From NCBI GenBank assembly GCA_051294375.1, contig JBJCIZ010001528.1, positions 1 to 21,599 of the forward strand: DNA of 21,599 bases, given 5' to 3'. Numbering within the stretch: position 1 is the first letter of the stretch; each line of letters opens with the position of its first letter. Shown here piece by piece: positions 18,001 through 21,599 of the stretch. The notes under the pieces are model-generated. The model worked only from the letters and a program-made list of their open reading frames with translations, was not told where the DNA came from and did not search any database. The translations under genes and the position numbers were made by a program. Source of the DNA: Paraspadella gotoi. Its lineage: Eukaryota > Animalia > Chaetognatha.

Positions 18001-21000
18001 AAGTTTTTATTCTTTTTTTACCAAATGGAAAATCGTTTCTGTTATTTTAAAGTTTTCATAATCTTTTACAGATGAAAAGTCGTTTTTCTGGTGTATTTAA
18101 CGTTTTATCTATTGAGAGTGAGAGAAAGCTACATAAAATCTAAAGAGAAAAGAGAAGAGAAGGAGACATAAAAATAAAGAGAGGAAATTTGTTTGTTTTG
18201 ATAAAACTATTAAAAAGATATTTAATACTGTACTCTTACCCAATTTTAACAACCTCGATGAATGTTATTTGCAGAAGTATTTTAACGTTTTTTATTTCTT
18301 TTTTCTTTGAAAATATCGTTTTCCACCCCGTGTTTTAGAAAATTGTTTTATTCTTTTTATCATTGGAAAGAGCGTTTTTCTCTTGTTTTAAGTTGTTATC
18401 TCTTTGGAATTATCGTTCCTGCCCGTGTATTTAACGTTTTTATCACTTTTTATTCATGAGAAAATTCCGTTTATCGGTGTTTTTTAACTCTTTTTACATT
18501 GGAAAAATCAGTTTGCCGTTTTTTTTTAAGTTTCTATTTCTTTTTTTCATGGAAAAAATGTTTTCTGTTATTTTTTAAAGTTTTCATATCTTTTAACAGA
18601 TGAAAAGTCGTTTTTCCTGGTGTATTTAACGTTTTTATCTATTGAGAGTGAAGAAAGCTACATAAATTTAAGAGAAAAGAGAGAGAGCAAGGAGACATAA
18701 AAATAAAGAGAGGAAATTTGTTTGTTTTAAAAAGTATAAAAGATATTTAACTAACTTGTACTTACCCAATTTTAAACAACCTCGATGAATGTTATTTGCA
18801 GAAGTATTTAACGTTTTTATTTCTTTTTTTCTTTTGAAAATATCTTTACCGTGTTTTAGAAATTTTTTATCTTCTTTTCATTGGAAAAGCGTTTTTACTT
18901 CTGTTTTTTAAAGTTTGTTATCTCTTGGAAATATCGTCTGCCGGTGTATTTAACGTTTTATCACTTTCTACTGTAGAAAAGTCGTTTATCGGTGTTTTTT
19001 AACTCTTTTTACATTGGACAAAACGTTCGTGCCGTTTTTTTTAAGTTTCTTATTTCTTTTACAATGGAAAAAATGTTTTCTGTTATTTTTAAGAAGTTTT
19101 CATATCTTTTTACAGAAATAAAAAGTCGTTTTCTGGTGTATTTAACGTTATTATCTATTGAGAGTGAGAGACAAAGCTACATAAAATAAAGGAGAAAAGA
19201 GAGAGAGAAGGAGACATAAAATAAAAGAGAGGAAATTTGTTTGTTTTAATAAAAAGATATTTAATAACTGTACTCACCCATTTTCTTAACACCTCGATGA
19301 TGTTATTTGCAGAAGTATTTAACGTTTTTATTTCTTTTTTTCTTGAAAATATCGTTTCCGAGTGTTTTAGAAATTTTTTATCTTTTTTACATTGGAAAAG
19401 GCGTTTTTCTTTGTCTTTTAAAGTTGTTATCTCTTTGGAAATATCGTCTCGCCGCTGTATTTAACGTTTTTATCACTTTTTACTTATGAGAAAAGTCGTT
19501 TATCGGTTTTTTTTAACCTTTTTTTACATTGGAAAAAACTTTGCCTTTTTTTAAAAGTTTTTATTCTTTCTACATGGAAAAAATCGTTCTGTTTTTTTAA
19601 AACGTTTCATATCTTTTATCAGGAGAAAAAGTCGTTTTTTCGGTGTATTTAACGTTTTTTATCTATTGAGAGTGAGACAAAGCTACATAAAATTAAAGAA
19701 AAGAGAGAGAGAGAGGAGACATAAAAATAAAAGAGAGGAAAATTTGTTTGTTTTATAAAAAGATATTTAAATAACTGTACTCACCCAATTTTAAACAACC
19801 TCGATGATGTTATTTGCAGACGTATTTAACGTTTTTATTTTTTTTTCTTTAAAAATTCGTTTTCCGCCCCGTGTTTTAGAAATTCTTTTTATCTTCTTTT
19901 TACATTGGAAAAGCGGTTTTTCTTTGTTTTTAAAGTTGTTATCTCTTTGGAAATATCGTCTGCGCTGTTATTTACGTGGTTTTTATCTACTTTTTACATT
20001 TAGAAAAGTGTCGTTTATCCGGTGTTTTTTAACTCTTTTTTACATTGGAAAAAACGTTTTGCGTTTTTTTATTAAGTTTTTATTTTTTTTTACATTTGGG
20101 AAAAATCGTTTTCTTGTTATTTTTTAAAGTTTTCATATCTTTTTACAGAGAAAAAGTCGTTTTCTGGTGTATTTAACGTTTTTATCTATGAGAGTGAGAC
20201 AAAGCTACATAAAATTAAGAGAAAAGCAGAGAGAGAAGGAGACATAAAATAAAGAGAGGAAATTTGTTTGTTTTGATAAAAAGATATTTAATAACTGCCT
20301 CACATTTTAACAACCTCGAGTGATGTTATTTGCAGAAGTATTTAATTGTTTTTATTTTTTTTCTTTAAAAATATCGTTTTCCGGGTGTTTTAGAAATTTT
20401 TATCTCTTTTTTACATTGGAAAAAGCGTTTTCTTTGTTTTAAAGTTGTTATCCTCTTGGAAATATCGTCTGCCGTTGTATAGTTATTACTTTAAGAAAGT
20501 TTTTCGGTTTTTTATTTTTACTTGGAAAACTTCCTTTTAATTATCTTTTTTACAGGAAAATCGTTTCTGTTTTTAAAGTTCATCTTGGATCGTTTTCTGT
20601 GTTAAGTTTTATCTTTAAGGAGAGCTAATAATTAAAAACGAGGAGAATAAAAAAAGAGATTGTTGTTATAATAACTCCATTTAACTCGAGATGTTATTAG
20701 AAAAATGTTTATTTCTTTAAAACGGTTTTCGGTTAAATTTATCTTTTCTTGGAAATTTTTCTTGTTTTGTGATTCGGAAATATCTGCGTTATTAGTTTAT
20801 TATTTTACTTTAGATGTATCGTGTTTTAATTTATGGAAAAAACGTTTCCGTTTTTTTATTTTTATTCTTTACAGAATTTTTCTGTTATTTTTAAAGTTTT
20901 CATATCTTTTACAGAGAAAAAGTCGTTTTCTGGTGTATTTAACGTTTTTATCTTATTGAGAGTGAGAGAAAAGCTACATAAAATTAATAGAGAAAAGAGA

Positions 21001-21076
21001 GAGAGAAGGAGACATAAAAATAAAAGAAGAGGAAATTTGTTTGTTTGATAAAAAGATATTTAATAACTGTCCTCAC
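9100..21076 (-). repeat. Same satellite, reverse-complemented, ~23 copies of ~510 bp
   Basis: The anchor AACCTCGATGATG (reverse complement of the left anchor) recurs at about 9486, 10009, 10522, 11035, 11548, 12040 and on to 19797, 20313 and 20683. The first ~400 bp and ~20470-20880 are degraded. The left boundary is approximate. Confidence 0.96.
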
Positions 21077-21599
21077 GGTCGCGTGACAGCGTGACATGTG
21101 ACGCGACGATGACGTGGCAAGTTGCTAAACCGCGTAGCACGATGACTTTAGTCAACAGAGGGCGCAGCAGTGCAGGGAAAGCTTGACACGTGATTAGAAA
21201 TAATTGTTTATCTTCAGATTGATTATTCTTTGAGTTTTCACATAAAATTGTTTTCTCATTAATTAATGTAGATTGTTACATTGTGAGATTAATTAAAAAC
21301 GAGTTTATAATGTTTTGAATTTACATTTATTTCATGAGGTAAAAACCGAGTCAATGAAAACAATCAAAACAGTTTCAAAAATAAACAATCAGTTGAAATC
21401 AATCATTCAAAAGGCGCCAAGCCATCTGTGTTTCTAAAGGATAAGTTTTACTTTTGGTTGAAAACCAAAAGGCATCGAAATCTGTTTTAAACTGATAAGA
21501 ACGATTTTTAACAGAGGAAAATCAGGCTGACTGATTGGCTGAGAGCTGTGACTTAAAGCTGATCAGTCCGAGTTCGATGGTTCGAATCCCAGTGGGACA
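21077..21599 (-). repeat. Inverted LTR segment equivalent to 3120-3651
   Basis: GGTCGCGTGA...GTTGCTAAAC...GCTTGACACGTGATTAGAAA...AAAAGGCGCCAA...TTCGAATCCCAGTGGGACA is the reverse complement of the 5' LTR. Differences are mostly 1-bp indels. Confidence 0.95.
21521..21599 (+). pseudogene. Second copy of the tRNA-like cassette (in the inverted LTR)
   Basis: ATCAGGCTGACTGATTGGCTGAG...GACTTAAAG...GGTTCGAATCCCAGTGGGACA, with the B box GGTTCGAATCC at 21579-21589. Confidence 0.5.

Noticed and set aside
9097-21048. Many short F/L/K-rich ORFs in the right satellite
   Set aside because: Same reason as the left array; no frame is conserved between monomers.
9100-21076. CRISPR-like array (recurring ~30-50 bp motifs)
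   Set aside because: The intervening sequences are themselves repeated in every monomer, so there are no unique spacers. No cas genes are present and the context is eukaryotic.
1-21599. Simple fold-back (palindromic) read explaining the inverted satellite and LTR
   Set aside because: A fold-back would give reversed pol/gag, then the inverted LTR, then inverted satellite joined at the LTR's left end. Instead the inverted satellite comes first, joins the LTR's right end, and no internal sequence is duplicated.
3074-21599. DIRS-like element or DNA transposon with inverted terminal repeats
   Set aside because: Pol has a DDE integrase and protease in Gypsy order with a PBS and PPT, and no tyrosine recombinase or transposase. 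The inverted LTR is explained by the split 3' LTR.

Overview
This looks like eukaryotic, probably invertebrate, repetitive DNA rather than a prokaryotic locus. An apparently intact Ty3/Gypsy LTR retrotransposon (~3074-9088) sits inside a ~505-510 bp AT-rich tandem satellite. The element resembles the CsRn1/Boudicca group (CHCC-type Gag; PR-RT-RNaseH-IN Pol reached by a -1 frameshift). The satellite runs in one orientation on the left (1-3075, ~6 units) and in the opposite orientation on the right (~9100-21076, ~23 units). The 3' LTR stops after ~40 bp at 9088. The missing remainder appears reverse-complemented at the far right (21077-21599) and ends at the same LTR base where the stub broke off. 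Flipping 9089-21599 restores an ordinary satellite-LTR-gag-pol-LTR-satellite locus, so this is either a real ~12.5 kb inversion or a mis-oriented join. The most novel-looking items are a tRNA-Leu-like Pol III cassette embedded antisense in the LTR, a DGG protease motif, and a ~100 aa Ser/Thr insert between RNase H and integrase. The satellite and LTR copies carry many homopolymer indels, so base-level details there may be sequencing error. Family assignments come from motif recognition only; no searches were run.
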